DNA of 64,000 nt, from assembly GCA_014740375.1 (NCBI GenBank), contig GCA_014740375.1_3041.1. One strand, written 5' to 3'. Positions 28,501-41,918 of this stretch are shown here, piece by piece. The notes under the pieces are model-generated. The model did not search any database and was not told the DNA's origin. It worked only from the letters and a program-made list of their open reading frames with translations. The position numbers and the translations under genes were made by a program. The stretch's first letter is position 1. Each line of letters begins with the position of its first letter. This DNA comes from a phage.

Positions 28501-28835
28501 TTCATAATCACCAGATAAGCAGATTTAGCAGTTTCAACACGATAAATTTCGTGACGAAGTTTAGTTATACTTTTAATAACAGAACTAATTATATTCTGCC
28601 CATCTTTAAAGCGGTTTTTCTTATCAATAAAAATTGCACCAGCCATCTTTTTGTGAAGCTCAACTGGATACTTCGTCACAATAATAGCATCATACACAGA
28701 AGGATGAATACTATTCACTAGAGTGTCATTCATTAAAGTTATTCTAATGAACTGTGCTGTGTCAGAGTCAAGCGCTCTATGATCGCCAGTATCATTTTCA
28801 AGACAATTATCAATTATATCAGTTAAATTCATCAT
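28497..28835 (-). CDS. Hypothetical protein (cd.1 position)
   Basis: 112-aa ORF. Confidence 0.5.
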   Translation of the reverse strand: MMNLTDIIDNCLENDTGDHRALDSDTAQFIRITLMNDTLVNSIHPSVYDAIIVTKYPVELHKKMAGAIFIDKKNRFKDGQNIISSVIKSITKLRHEIYRVETAKSAYLVIMK

Positions 28836-29068
28836 AGTACGCCATACACCCTTTGTGCTTCAACTAATCCATCAAAATCCAATTTGAGATGTGTTATTTG
28901 ATCACCATCACCTGGATTCACAATTACTAATACTGAACGAGGAGTTTCGGTAATAACACGAACCGATGTTTCAGGAAATCGTTCAGAAACCTTATTTACC
29001 AATTCCTGTGCAAATAGCTTAACTTTTTCTTGGAATTCTTTAACAGTAATCGGTTTTTCACTTAGCAT
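28832..29068 (-). CDS. Hypothetical protein (cd.2 position)
   Basis: 78-aa ORF. Confidence 0.5.
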   Translation of the reverse strand: MLSEKPITVKEFQEKVKLFAQELVNKVSERFPETSVRVITETPRSVLVIVNPGDGDQITHLKLDFDGLVEAQRVYGVL

Positions 29069-29130
29069 TTTGTTTTCCTCATTTGTTTTGGTAGAGCTAT
29101 AATATCACAACTCTACCAAAAAGTAAACTA

Positions 29131-29412
29131 TTAAATTGCCTTGAATTCTGATGTCTGTGATTCAAAGCGAATATCGCCTTTGATGACTAGCTCAACATCA
29201 AGACCAAATACGACAATGATATGCGCGGAACCCGGATACAGCGTAATTGCAATAGAATCCACCTGGTCTGGAAGCAAAGTGTTCAATACATGAGTCACTT
29301 GAGCATGAATTCGAAGCTCGGCTGCGTTATCAAGCTTTTCAAACATATTATTAGCGATAATTTGACTAAACACTACTTCTACGATTTTAGAATAAGTCGG
29401 AAACATATTCAC
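29131..29412 (-). CDS. Hypothetical protein (cd.3 position)
   Basis: 93-aa ORF. Confidence 0.5.
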   Translation of the reverse strand: MNMFPTYSKIVEVVFSQIIANNMFEKLDNAAELRIHAQVTHVLNTLLPDQVDSIAITLYPGSAHIIVVFGLDVELVIKGDIRFESQTSEFKAI

Positions 29413-29601
29413 CTCACATAATTTTCTTCAAGCCAATTAATAACATCCAACGCATTATCAAAAGTTGAACCATCTACTCTGTCTTCTGTTTCATAATCAA
29501 GAACATCTAAGCCTACTCTTCCATCAACAATAGGCCATAAACAAAATAGATATTTCTTTTCTTTTTCAATTTTATCACAAAGACGATAAATCTTTTCTAT
29601 G

Positions 29602-29609
<8 letters not shown>
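29409..29609 (-). CDS. Hypothetical protein (cd.4 position)
   Basis: 66-aa ORF. Confidence 0.5.
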
Positions 29610-31002
<1,393 letters not shown>

Positions 31003-31006
<4 letters not shown>

Positions 31007-31233
31007 TTATTTTTCTCAACCAATGATTGAATATAATCATGCAGGTCTTTAGATGCTTTACCCCACTTATTTTGGTATTCATTTTTAAGATTAGCACGTG
31101 ATTGAGCTAATAAAACATCATTAGTTGGAGGTAAAGATTCTAATCGTTGAATCTGACGTCCATAAATCATTGCTGCCATCTCTGATTCATAAATCAATCC
31201 TTTGAGATGTTCAAATTGATGCCATGAAATCAT
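31003..31233 (-). CDS. Hypothetical protein
   Basis: 76-aa ORF. Confidence 0.5.
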
Positions 31234-31529
31234 TTACATTTATCCTCTTTTAACTCTTGACGATAATAACATATCATAGTTTTCTGGTCATGTACATATC
31301 GTTTTACATCATTAAGCCAAATACGAAATTCCTGAGAATCTTCAAATGGCATACCGACCCAAGCTTTACCATCAATAACTTTAACTTGCCAAGATAGTTT
31401 GGCTTCGTCATATGACTTTATTTGCACAGGCCAATTAGGATGAACTGTTTCTTTCTTTACTTCTAGAGGCTTTGTAGAACAACCAACTAGAAGACCAATA
31501 GATAATATTACTGCTGATAGTTTAATCAT
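31230..31529 (-). CDS. Outer-membrane spanin-like lipoprotein (o-spanin candidate)
   Basis: Signal peptide with lipobox LVGC-S (MIKLSAVILSIGLLVGCSTK); start overlaps stop of upstream i-spanin-like ORF. Confidence 0.65.
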   Translation of the reverse strand: MIKLSAVILSIGLLVGCSTKPLEVKKETVHPNWPVQIKSYDEAKLSWQVKVIDGKAWVGMPFEDSQEFRIWLNDVKRYVHDQKTMICYYRQELKEDKCK

Positions 31530-31879
31530 TTAGAAAGGTCCTGGATGTCTTCTGCGAACTTGTTGAAGGAGTTGTTGATTTGTTTTTCAACCAATCCTGG
31601 CTTATGAGCCACCACATCCGCCTTCTTTGCGTCTTTGCGCAGTTTTTCATTTTCACGCTCAATAGCAGCAATCGCCTCACGATTTTTATTATTCATCGCA
31701 TCAATATAATTATACTGAATTCGCAAATTATTTAATGCTAAGGCGTTTTCATTGGCCGTTTTTGTAATTTCTACAACAGACGTTTCTAATCTTTCAATTT
31801 TATTTTTTAAAATTAAAGAAGTTCCGCCCAATGCAATTACAATTAATAACAAGCCTGCTGTCGTATTACTTAATTGCAT
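31526..31879 (-). CDS. Inner-membrane spanin-like protein (i-spanin candidate)
   Basis: N-terminal transmembrane helix followed by coiled-coil-like periplasmic region; coupled to lipoprotein gene. Confidence 0.65.
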   Translation of the reverse strand: MQLSNTTAGLLLIVIALGGTSLILKNKIERLETSVVEITKTANENALALNNLRIQYNYIDAMNNKNREAIAAIERENEKLRKDAKKADVVAHKPGLVEKQINNSFNKFAEDIQDLSK

Positions 31880-32376
31880 AAAGTTTTAATAACCTCTATA
31901 ATATCGTCTTGAGAAAGACCGTTAATTAAAATATGATGTTCCGCCGGAGATTTAGAAATTTTAAAGCATGCCGCAACATCTTCTGCCATATCTGATGCGC
32001 TACGATTTGGATTACTAATTCCAAGACGATGTTTTCCCGTTAAAGGATTAACGATAATATAGCATTTGCAGCTATTGATATGAACATTGGGTTGAGTCTG
32101 ATTAATGAACACTTCACAATCATACTTAGCGAGTTGATTTTCTAAAAAGACTTTCATCTCTTCAACCGCATCAGGAAGCATATCACGGGCTTGCTCAAGA
32201 CGACGATTTCGATATTCTTTAATGGTCGTTTTCCGCTTGACTTGCTTAGCTAAATCTTTCTTAAGATCGGTGATATATCCAACTCGACGATTTCCTTTGA
32301 ATACAGAAATCCCATCTGTAGTATCACCGTATGCTTCAACGACCATTTCAGTAGTAATAAGTTGTAAATCCATCAT
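31870..32376 (-). CDS. alc: Alc (host transcription elongation inhibitor)
   Basis: 168 aa (167 from second Met); T4 position upstream of the pseT block; own early promoter. Confidence 0.75.
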   Translation of the reverse strand: MMDLQLITTEMVVEAYGDTTDGISVFKGNRRVGYITDLKKDLAKQVKRKTTIKEYRNRRLEQARDMLPDAVEEMKVFLENQLAKYDCEVFINQTQPNVHINSCKCYIIVNPLTGKHRLGISNPNRSASDMAEDVAACFKISKSPAEHHILINGLSQDDIIEVIKTLCN

Positions 32377-32404
32377 AAAGTCCTCATGTTATGTCAGTAA
32401 GACT

Positions 32405-32434
32405 ACTATAACACAACACGAGGGACTTGTAAAC
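32405..32434 (-). promoter_or_regulatory. T4-type early promoter for alc
   Basis: Minus strand GTTTAC, 18 bp, TATAGT; 54-bp cassette near-identical to 17058-17111. Confidence 0.6.
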
Positions 32435-32437
32435 AGC

Positions 32438-34025
<1,588 letters not shown>

Positions 34026-34033
34026 AATAAAAT

Positions 34034-34054
34034 GGGCCTTGCGGCCCACTCCTT
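34034..34054 (-). promoter_or_regulatory. Hairpin-bridged (split) ribosome binding site of denA
   Basis: AAGGAG, then 14-nt GGGCC-GCAA-GGCCC hairpin, then 8 nt, then ATG; hairpin would bring the Shine-Dalgarno to about 9 nt from the start. Confidence 0.5.
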
Positions 34055-35231
34055 AAAAGTATTTTTTAAAACTCATCATAACTTTATCATCAACATCATT
34101 ATCAATCTGTGCAACAAGATAAGATGACAGTTCTACTTCTTGTGGCGCGGATTGAACATTATCAGAATTAAGATATTCACGAATCCAAGGATATGGATGT
34201 TTAACCGGAGCATCGGTAATTGGGCATGGAAGACCGCACTGTTTCATACGAGATACAGTTAAGTAATCAATAAAGCTCCACATGCTATTTGTATTTAATC
34301 CAGGAACATCGCCATCTTTAAATAAATGAACTGCCCAATCTTTTTCTTGGCGGTTAACTTCCATGAAAATATCAACTGCTTCTTGTTCACACTCTTGAGC
34401 AATTTTAACCCATTGACCGCCATCAGTACCAGATTGAAGTTGACGAATAATATATTGGGTGCCTTTAAGGTGAAGCTGTTCATCGCGTGCAATGAACTTC
34501 ATAATCTTGGCATTACCTTCCATGATTTCCATGTTCTTATGGAAGTTAAAGGTACATGCGAAAGATACATAAAAACGAATAGCTTCCAATGCGTTGATTA
34601 CATGCAAACAGAGGTAAAGAGATTTCATTAGCTCACGCTTCCAATATGTCTCATGCTCAATAGCATCTTCAATAACGTCTTCGTCTGCATTAATTTCTTT
34701 TTGGTATTCGATATCAGCTTTAGCGTTTTCCCAATAACGAGTTTTAATCAGAACATCATCATAATAACGTCCAATGGATTCAGCACGTTTCATAATAGCT
34801 TCATCTAATACAATTTCATCAAATACCTTCGATGGATCAGTATAAAGATTTCGCATGATATGAGTATATGAACGACTGTGAATAGTTTCACTAAAAGTCC
34901 ATGTAGCAACCCATGTATCAAGACTTGGGTCTGAAATTAATGACATAAGTACAGCAGATGGCGCGCGACCCTGAATACTATCTAAAAGTGATTGATACTT
35001 CAAGTTGTTAGTAAAAATATTTTGCTGATACTGAGGAAGCTTATTAAACTGTGCAGCATCCATCATCAAGTTTACTTCTTCAGGACGCCAGAAAAATGAT
35101 AATTGCTTTTCGGTTAAATCTTCAAAAACTTTATGACGTTGAATATCATAACGCGCAATACCAAGACCTGAACCAAAAAACATAGGTTCTTTTAAAACAT
35201 CAACTGGATTTGTATTAAAAACTGTGCTCAT
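34053..35231 (-). CDS. nrdB: Ribonucleotide reductase small subunit (uninterrupted)
   Basis: 392 aa continuous ORF with di-iron ligands; no intron interruption. Confidence 0.93.
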   Translation of the reverse strand: MSTVFNTNPVDVLKEPMFFGSGLGIARYDIQRHKVFEDLTEKQLSFFWRPEEVNLMMDAAQFNKLPQYQQNIFTNNLKYQSLLDSIQGRAPSAVLMSLISDPSLDTWVATWTFSETIHSRSYTHIMRNLYTDPSKVFDEIVLDEAIMKRAESIGRYYDDVLIKTRYWENAKADIEYQKEINADEDVIEDAIEHETYWKRELMKSLYLCLHVINALEAIRFYVSFACTFNFHKNMEIMEGNAKIMKFIARDEQLHLKGTQYIIRQLQSGTDGGQWVKIAQECEQEAVDIFMEVNRQEKDWAVHLFKDGDVPGLNTNSMWSFIDYLTVSRMKQCGLPCPITDAPVKHPYPWIREYLNSDNVQSAPQEVELSSYLVAQIDNDVDDKVMMSFKKYF

Positions 35232-35282
35232 AAATTTTCCGCTTAGTTAATAGTTGGTGACTCGTCCGTGAGTCAAATTATA

Positions 35283-37547
35283 TCATAATTTACAGGATGA
35301 ACAATCTTCAGCTTTTGGAGTTTCTATTTCATAATCATCAGTACCAGAACCATCGCGGGTATTATGATAATAGAAATTTTTTCCGCCAAAATACCAAAAA
35401 TACAAAAGGTCATCAATCATTATTGACATTGGAACCTTGCCTTTAGGGAAGATTTGGGGGTCATAGTATGTATTCGCCGAAGCTGATTGACATACCCATT
35501 TCAGCATAATAGCTACCTGCGTAAGATAAGGTTTATTACCTTTCTTAGCTAATTTCCATGTATAATCATAGAGGTCTATGTTATGCTCAATATTGGGCAC
35601 GACTTGATTAAAGGAGCCCTCTTTTGATTCTTTAACAGAGACTGGTCCACGTGGAGGCTCGATACCGTTTGTACTGTTAGAAACTTGGGAAGATGACTCA
35701 CATGGCATAAGTGCTGATAATGTGCTATTACGGATGCCAAAGAGCTTAAGGTCTTCCCGCAGCGACGACCAGTCACAAACGTATTTTGGAGCTGCGATTT
35801 GGTCAATCTTTTTATTGTACCAGTCGATAGGTAATTCGCCTCTAGACCAACGAGTGTCTGAATAATATTCGCAAGGTCCTTTTTCTTTGGCGAGCTTAAT
35901 GGATGCTTTAATGAGTCCATACTGTAATCTCTCAAATAGTTCATGTGTTAAATCGTTAGCATCTTCATAAGAAGCAAAGTTACTTGCCAGCCAAGCTGCA
36001 TAGTTAGTAACACCTACACCGAGGTTACGACGCTTTTTAGCTTTTTCTGCTTCAGGAACTGGATATCCTTGGTAATCCAAAAGATTATCAAGAGCACGAA
36101 CTTGGACTTCTGCCAATTCATTAATTTTATCTTGGTCTTGCCAGTCAAAATTATCCAGTACGAATGCAGAGAGAGTACACAATCCAATTTCAGCATCAGG
36201 ACTATTCACATCATTTGTTGGAATAGCAATTTCACAGCACAAGTTACTCTGACGAATAGGTGCCTTTTCACGAATAAACGGAGTATAGTTATTCGTATTA
36301 TCAATGAACTGTACATAAATTCTTGCTGTTCCTGAGCGTTCAGTCATGAGCAATTCAAATAGTTCACGGGCTTTAATACGCTTTTTACGAATATTAGGGT
36401 CTTTTTCTGCTGCTTCGTATAATTCACGGAAACGGTCTTGGTCTTTAAAATAAGAATAATAAAGCTCGCCACCCATTTCATGCGGACTGAACAAAGTAAT
36501 GTAATCGTTCTTTCCGAATCGTTCCATCATCAAATCATTCAGCTGAACACCATAATCCATATGACGAATGCGGTTTTCTTCTACGCCTTTGTTATTTTTC
36601 AAAACGAGAAGATTTTCAACTTCCAAATGCCAAATAGGATAATAAGCAGTAGCAGCGCCGCCACGAATTCCACCCTGTGAACATGATTTAACTGCAGTCT
36701 GAAAATGTTTCCAAAAAGGAATAACACCAGTATGGCGTACTTCACCCATGCCAATCTTAGAACCTTCGGCACGAATCATACCAACGTTAATACCAATTCC
36801 AGCGCGTTTAGAGATATATTCAACAATTGAAGCGGAAGCCTTATTAATAGACTTTAATGAATCACCTGCCTCAATAACAACGCATGAACTAAACTGTCGA
36901 GTCGGAGTACGACAACCAGCCATAATAGGAGTTGGCAGTGAAATCTGTCGAGTAGATACTGCTTCATAAAAACGGATAACATGTTTTAATCTATCAACAG
37001 GTTCATCTTGATGCAGTGCCATTCCAATAGCCATAAATGCAAACTGTGGAGTTTCATAAATTTGACCGGTGGTTTTATCTTTGACTAGATATTTTTCTTT
37101 TAATTGCATCGCTCCGGAATAAGTAAATTCCATATCCCGCTCGTGCTTAATTTTTGATTCTAAAAATGTAATTTCTTCTGCTGAATATTTTGACAACAAT
37201 TCAGGGTCGTATTTACCTTCATTTACACAGTAAGAAATATGGTCAATAAATGAACGCGGTTCATACTGCCCATAAACATGCTTACGAAGAGCAAACATTA
37301 AACAACGTGCAGCTACATATTGGTAATCAGGCTCTTCAACCGAAATAGAATTCGCAGCGGCCTTAATGACAATAGTCTGAATATCATCAGTTGTCATTCC
37401 ATCACGGAGATAAGATTTAATATTTTCATATAATTCATAAGGATCTACTGATGTTCCCTCAGCTGCCCAAGATAAAACTTTAATAATTTTTTGTGGGTCA
37501 AAGCTCTGAGAAACACCACTACTTTTGATAACATTAATTAATTGCAT
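35283..37547 (-). CDS. nrdA: Ribonucleotide reductase large subunit
   Basis: 754 aa; class Ia RNR. Confidence 0.95.
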   Translation of the reverse strand: MQLINVIKSSGVSQSFDPQKIIKVLSWAAEGTSVDPYELYENIKSYLRDGMTTDDIQTIVIKAAANSISVEEPDYQYVAARCLMFALRKHVYGQYEPRSFIDHISYCVNEGKYDPELLSKYSAEEITFLESKIKHERDMEFTYSGAMQLKEKYLVKDKTTGQIYETPQFAFMAIGMALHQDEPVDRLKHVIRFYEAVSTRQISLPTPIMAGCRTPTRQFSSCVVIEAGDSLKSINKASASIVEYISKRAGIGINVGMIRAEGSKIGMGEVRHTGVIPFWKHFQTAVKSCSQGGIRGGAATAYYPIWHLEVENLLVLKNNKGVEENRIRHMDYGVQLNDLMMERFGKNDYITLFSPHEMGGELYYSYFKDQDRFRELYEAAEKDPNIRKKRIKARELFELLMTERSGTARIYVQFIDNTNNYTPFIREKAPIRQSNLCCEIAIPTNDVNSPDAEIGLCTLSAFVLDNFDWQDQDKINELAEVQVRALDNLLDYQGYPVPEAEKAKKRRNLGVGVTNYAAWLASNFASYEDANDLTHELFERLQYGLIKASIKLAKEKGPCEYYSDTRWSRGELPIDWYNKKIDQIAAPKYVCDWSSLREDLKLFGIRNSTLSALMPCESSSQVSNSTNGIEPPRGPVSVKESKEGSFNQVVPNIEHNIDLYDYTWKLAKKGNKPYLTQVAIMLKWVCQSASANTYYDPQIFPKGKVPMSIMIDDLLYFWYFGGKNFYYHNTRDGSGTDDYEIETPKAEDCSSCKL

Positions 37548-37864
37548 AAGTCCTCAACTTGAAAATCGTCTTTAAACAATCGGTTAACTATATGAGCTAT
37601 TATATCACCATGACACGGCTTTGGTTTACATGTGCATCCTAGCCTCATTCCACGTAAAGGCTCTAAATGTGCTTTAGTTATTTCTCCGGATTTAATTCGA
37701 CGTATAAAATCTTTTTTGAATAATTCAATGGCAGCCTCCCGGCTGCCAGCATCTTTACCGACGTAATTTCCCCAAAATGTACCGCGGTGAATATTAACAT
37801 CAAAGTCGGATTTGTATTTATTCACTACCCGGCATAGACGGCCCACGCTGGAATAATTCGTCAT
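37538..37864 (-). CDS. Hypothetical Cys/His-containing protein
   Basis: 108-aa ORF between td and nrdA. Confidence 0.5.
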
Positions 37865-38093
37865 ATTGTTTTTCCGTTAATACAGTAATATCATAGTAAC
37901 AATCGGAAGAAGTTTTAACTGTGGAAATTTTATTATCAAAATACTCACGAGTCATTTTATGAGTATAGTATTTTTTACCATAAATGGTAATAGGCTGTTC
38001 TGGTCCTGGAACTTCTAACTCGCTTGGGTTAGGAAGTGTAAAAAGAACAACACCAGAAGTATCTTTAAATCGTAAAATCATATATCCTCGCAA
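37818..38093 (-). CDS. Hypothetical protein
   Basis: 91-aa ORF, out-of-frame overlap with the downstream ORF. Confidence 0.5.
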
Positions 38094-38101
38094 TAATAAA
38101 A

Positions 38102-38962
38102 TTACACCGCCATCTTTCCTTTAATAGGAGGGTGTGATTCATAGTTGTTAAGAATAAAATTATGCGGCTTTGCGAATTGACTCAACCAAAATACCTGCGA
38201 TTCTGTGTCCCATTCATCAAATTCATCTGGAAATTTTAATTGTAATTCGCATAAATCCATAGGTTCACGACGCAAAATTTCTTTACATTGTTCTACGTGA
38301 TTCATATAGATATGAGTATTACCGCCAGAAAATATCAAATCTCCCGGAATAAGATTACACATCTTAGCTACAATATGAACTAACGTAGCATATGATGCAA
38401 TATTAAATGGAAGACCGAGGAAAACATCTACTGATCGTTGATACCACTGAAGGTCAAGGTATCCATTACGAACATTAAATTGATAGAACATATGACAAGG
38501 CGGTAATGCCATATATTTAAGTTCAGCTGGATTCCATGCAGAAACAATTTGACGCCTATCATTTGGCAGTTTTTTAATACGATCAATAACTTCTATAATT
38601 TGGTCTACACCGCCAAAATCACGCCACTGTTTTCCATAAATTGGACCAAGTTCACCGCTATGGTATCCTAAATCTTTTGCTTGATTTTCGTAATTTTCAT
38701 CCCAGACTGTTTTGCCTTGGATTAACGAATCATGCTGAATTAATCGTAAATCATTGACATTTGTGCTTCCTGACAAAAACCATATTAACTCAGCAATGCA
38801 AGCTTTCCAGGCGAGCTTTTTAGTTGTTACCGCAGGAAAACCTTTAGTTAAATCCCAACGTAATTTAGTACCGAACAAAGCAATTGTTCCTGTGCCTGTT
38901 CGGTCATCGGTTTCATAGCCATTTTCAAAAATGTCTTTAATTAAATCTTGGTATTGTTTCAT
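38102..38962 (-). CDS. td: Thymidylate synthase (uninterrupted)
   Basis: 286 aa continuous ORF starting [12 protein letters not shown]; no group I intron. Confidence 0.95.
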
Positions 38963-38978
38963 TTAGTACCTTATATAA

Positions 38979-39002
38979 ATTATAATACATTTTATGAAGC
39001 TA
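38979..39002 (-). promoter_or_regulatory. Promoter-like element upstream of td (imperfect MotA box plus TATAAT)
   Basis: Minus strand TAGCTTCA then 10 bp then TATAAT in the 45-bp td leader; box mismatch and short spacing make it weak. Confidence 0.3.
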
Positions 39003-39007
39003 AATAA

Positions 39008-40202
<1,195 letters not shown>

Positions 40203-40213
40203 ATTATCTCCTA

Positions 40214-40546
40214 TTAAAAAGGATCAGGAACATATCCGCTAGCTTTAATCATTTTAATTAACGTTAACATTCCTTTGTTAACTGCTCGTGAGATTTCATC
40301 AAAAACTTCATCACTAAAAAGTTCTAACACGCCCTTCTGAACTTTTAATTTACAGCCAACAATTTCTTCATCGCCTATAGTAAATTCATTACCACCAATT
40401 CCACCGAAAAACTTAATTACACCAGTTAACTGTCTTCCACGAGAATATGGGTCGTGTGATAAAGTAATATGAGTCACCCCGGGTACAGTTTTAAATTGGC
40501 AGCGAATATTTACTTGTGAAATTCCAGTTACATGAATGTCAGACAT
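40214..40546 (-). CDS. Hypothetical protein (frd.2 position)
   Basis: 110-aa ORF. Confidence 0.55.
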   Translation of the reverse strand: MSDIHVTGISQVNIRCQFKTVPGVTHITLSHDPYSRGRQLTGVIKFFGGIGGNEFTIGDEEIVGCKLKVQKGVLELFSDEVFDEISRAVNKGMLTLIKMIKASGYVPDPF

Positions 40547-40556
40547 AATATTTTCC

Positions 40557-40799
40557 TCAAATAGACTTTTTCACAATTTTCCAATCAGCTTTAAACTGAT
40601 CAACGTCAGAGTGATAAATCCAAAATCCTGCGCTTTCACCGTCTTCATAAAGCGGACACCCATCGCATTCATCTTCCCATCCCATATCACGCAAAAGATG
40701 TTCAGCTTTTTCAACAAGCTCAGAATCTTTACCGATGATATTAAAATACCATTTACCTCTAACTTCTGAATCTTTGATGCTCTGACGTTGTAATCTCAT
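40557..40799 (-). CDS. Hypothetical protein (80 aa)
   Basis: ATG at 40799 preceded by AGGAG and an early promoter; track start at 40856 lies inside the promoter. Confidence 0.5.
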   Translation of the reverse strand: MRLQRQSIKDSEVRGKWYFNIIGKDSELVEKAEHLLRDMGWEDECDGCPLYEDGESAGFWIYHSDVDQFKADWKIVKKSI

Positions 40800-40824
40800 T
40801 TTATTCTCCTTAGTTGATAAGGCT

Positions 40825-40854
40825 ATAGTATCACTACCATAGCCTGTTGTAAAC
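40825..40854 (-). promoter_or_regulatory. T4-type early promoter
   Basis: Minus strand GTTTAC, 18 bp, TACTAT. Confidence 0.5.
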
Positions 40855-40856
40855 AA

Positions 40857-41117
40857 TTATTTTTGAATTTTATCAAGCCACTTACCAAGCTTAATCATTT
40901 CTTTAGTAGCCTTTTCCATACTTCTGAACTTAACCAATAGAGGATAGGTATCGACACCCATAACTAAGCTAGTTACAAGACTGTGTTCACCCACAAGCCA
41001 TAACGAATACGTTTGAATATCGAGCCCGTAATTTCTGTCTTTATGGACCCGTACACCCATCACTTCAAATTTCTCACTAGCTTTTTCTACCGCATCCAGG
41101 AAATCATCTTTAGTCAT
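40857..41117 (-). CDS. Hypothetical protein (86 aa; alternative start 41159)
   Basis: ORF immediately downstream of the 126-aa ORF. Confidence 0.45.
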   Translation of the reverse strand: MTKDDFLDAVEKASEKFEVMGVRVHKDRNYGLDIQTYSLWLVGEHSLVTSLVMGVDTYPLLVKFRSMEKATKEMIKLGKWLDKIQK

Positions 41118-41118
41118 A

Positions 41119-41499
41119 TTAGGCCTTAAAAGTTTTTCGCAAAAGTTCAATGATTTCATCTACATTGTTTTCGTCAACAATGCAGTGAATTTTTGTTACG
41201 CCAGAAACCTTGTCTTTGACTTCATCTTTTTCAGAAGTCGGTTCTTTATACTCACGAAAACAATGAAATTCGTCTTCGCAAATTTCTAAAAGTCTATCTT
41301 TGAGGTAAAAATGCTTTCCATTTGCGCATTCAATGTGTTTTACTGCTTTATATCCATTAGCGACGGAAACTTCTTTAACTTCAAACCATCCGCCATTATC
41401 TCGAATCGCTTTAACTATTGATGAATTAGAACGTGGGCTATAATTAATAAATGTATCAATAAGTCTTGGAACAAGCTCATACTTTTTACCGGTATACAT
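41119..41499 (-). CDS. Hypothetical protein
   Basis: 126-aa ORF. Confidence 0.5.
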   Translation of the reverse strand: MYTGKKYELVPRLIDTFINYSPRSNSSIVKAIRDNGGWFEVKEVSVANGYKAVKHIECANGKHFYLKDRLLEICEDEFHCFREYKEPTSEKDEVKDKVSGVTKIHCIVDENNVDEIIELLRKTFKA

Positions 41500-41544
41500 T
41501 ACGTTTTCCTCATTTTAATAGGGGCTGTAATAGCCCCTCGATAA

Positions 41545-41772
41545 TTATTGTTCAATCAGTCCCATGTAAAATTCTGCGTCTTCAGAATCCATGCCATCAC
41601 AGTATTCATTAGCCATAAAGCGGGTGAGATCTTCAAGAGGACCTTCAATAACGATTTGAATACTCCAAAACTTAGAATCTTGCACGCTTGTGATACTAAG
41701 TTCAGGATAACGATTACGAATAATCTCTTCAATATATTCAAAATCAACGATGTCAATATCAACTTTAGCCAT
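41545..41772 (-). CDS. Hypothetical acidic protein (75 aa)
   Basis: ATG at 41772 with GAGGA Shine-Dalgarno downstream of an early promoter; track extension to 41898 would include promoter and terminator. Confidence 0.55.
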   Translation of the reverse strand: MAKVDIDIVDFEYIEEIIRNRYPELSITSVQDSKFWSIQIVIEGPLEDLTRFMANEYCDGMDSEDAEFYMGLIEQ

Positions 41773-41815
41773 ATTATTTTCCTCTTTAATCATCAGCAGT
41801 ATTGCCGATAGTTGT

Positions 41816-41845
41816 ATAGTACCATAGAAGGACAAGGATGTAAAC
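41816..41845 (-). promoter_or_regulatory. T4-type early promoter (cassette family B)
   Basis: Minus strand A/T-rich upstream tract, GTTTAC, 18 bp, TACTAT; flanks shared with 58928-58957 and 62736-62765. Confidence 0.55.
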
Positions 41846-41877
41846 CGTTTTGTGAAAAAAATTTTTGAAATAAAAAA

Positions 41878-41896
41878 GGGGACCTCTAGGGTCCCC
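41878..41896 (-). terminator. Rho-independent terminator of gene 32
   Basis: GGGGACC-loop-GGTCCCC followed by TTTTTTATTT on minus strand. Confidence 0.65.
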
Positions 41897-41918
41897 AATT
41901 AATTAGTAATATAATCTA

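Noticed and set aside
38102-38962. Group I introns with homing endonuclease ORFs in td and nrdB
   Set aside because: Both genes are single uninterrupted ORFs of expected length; no intron-like insertion present.
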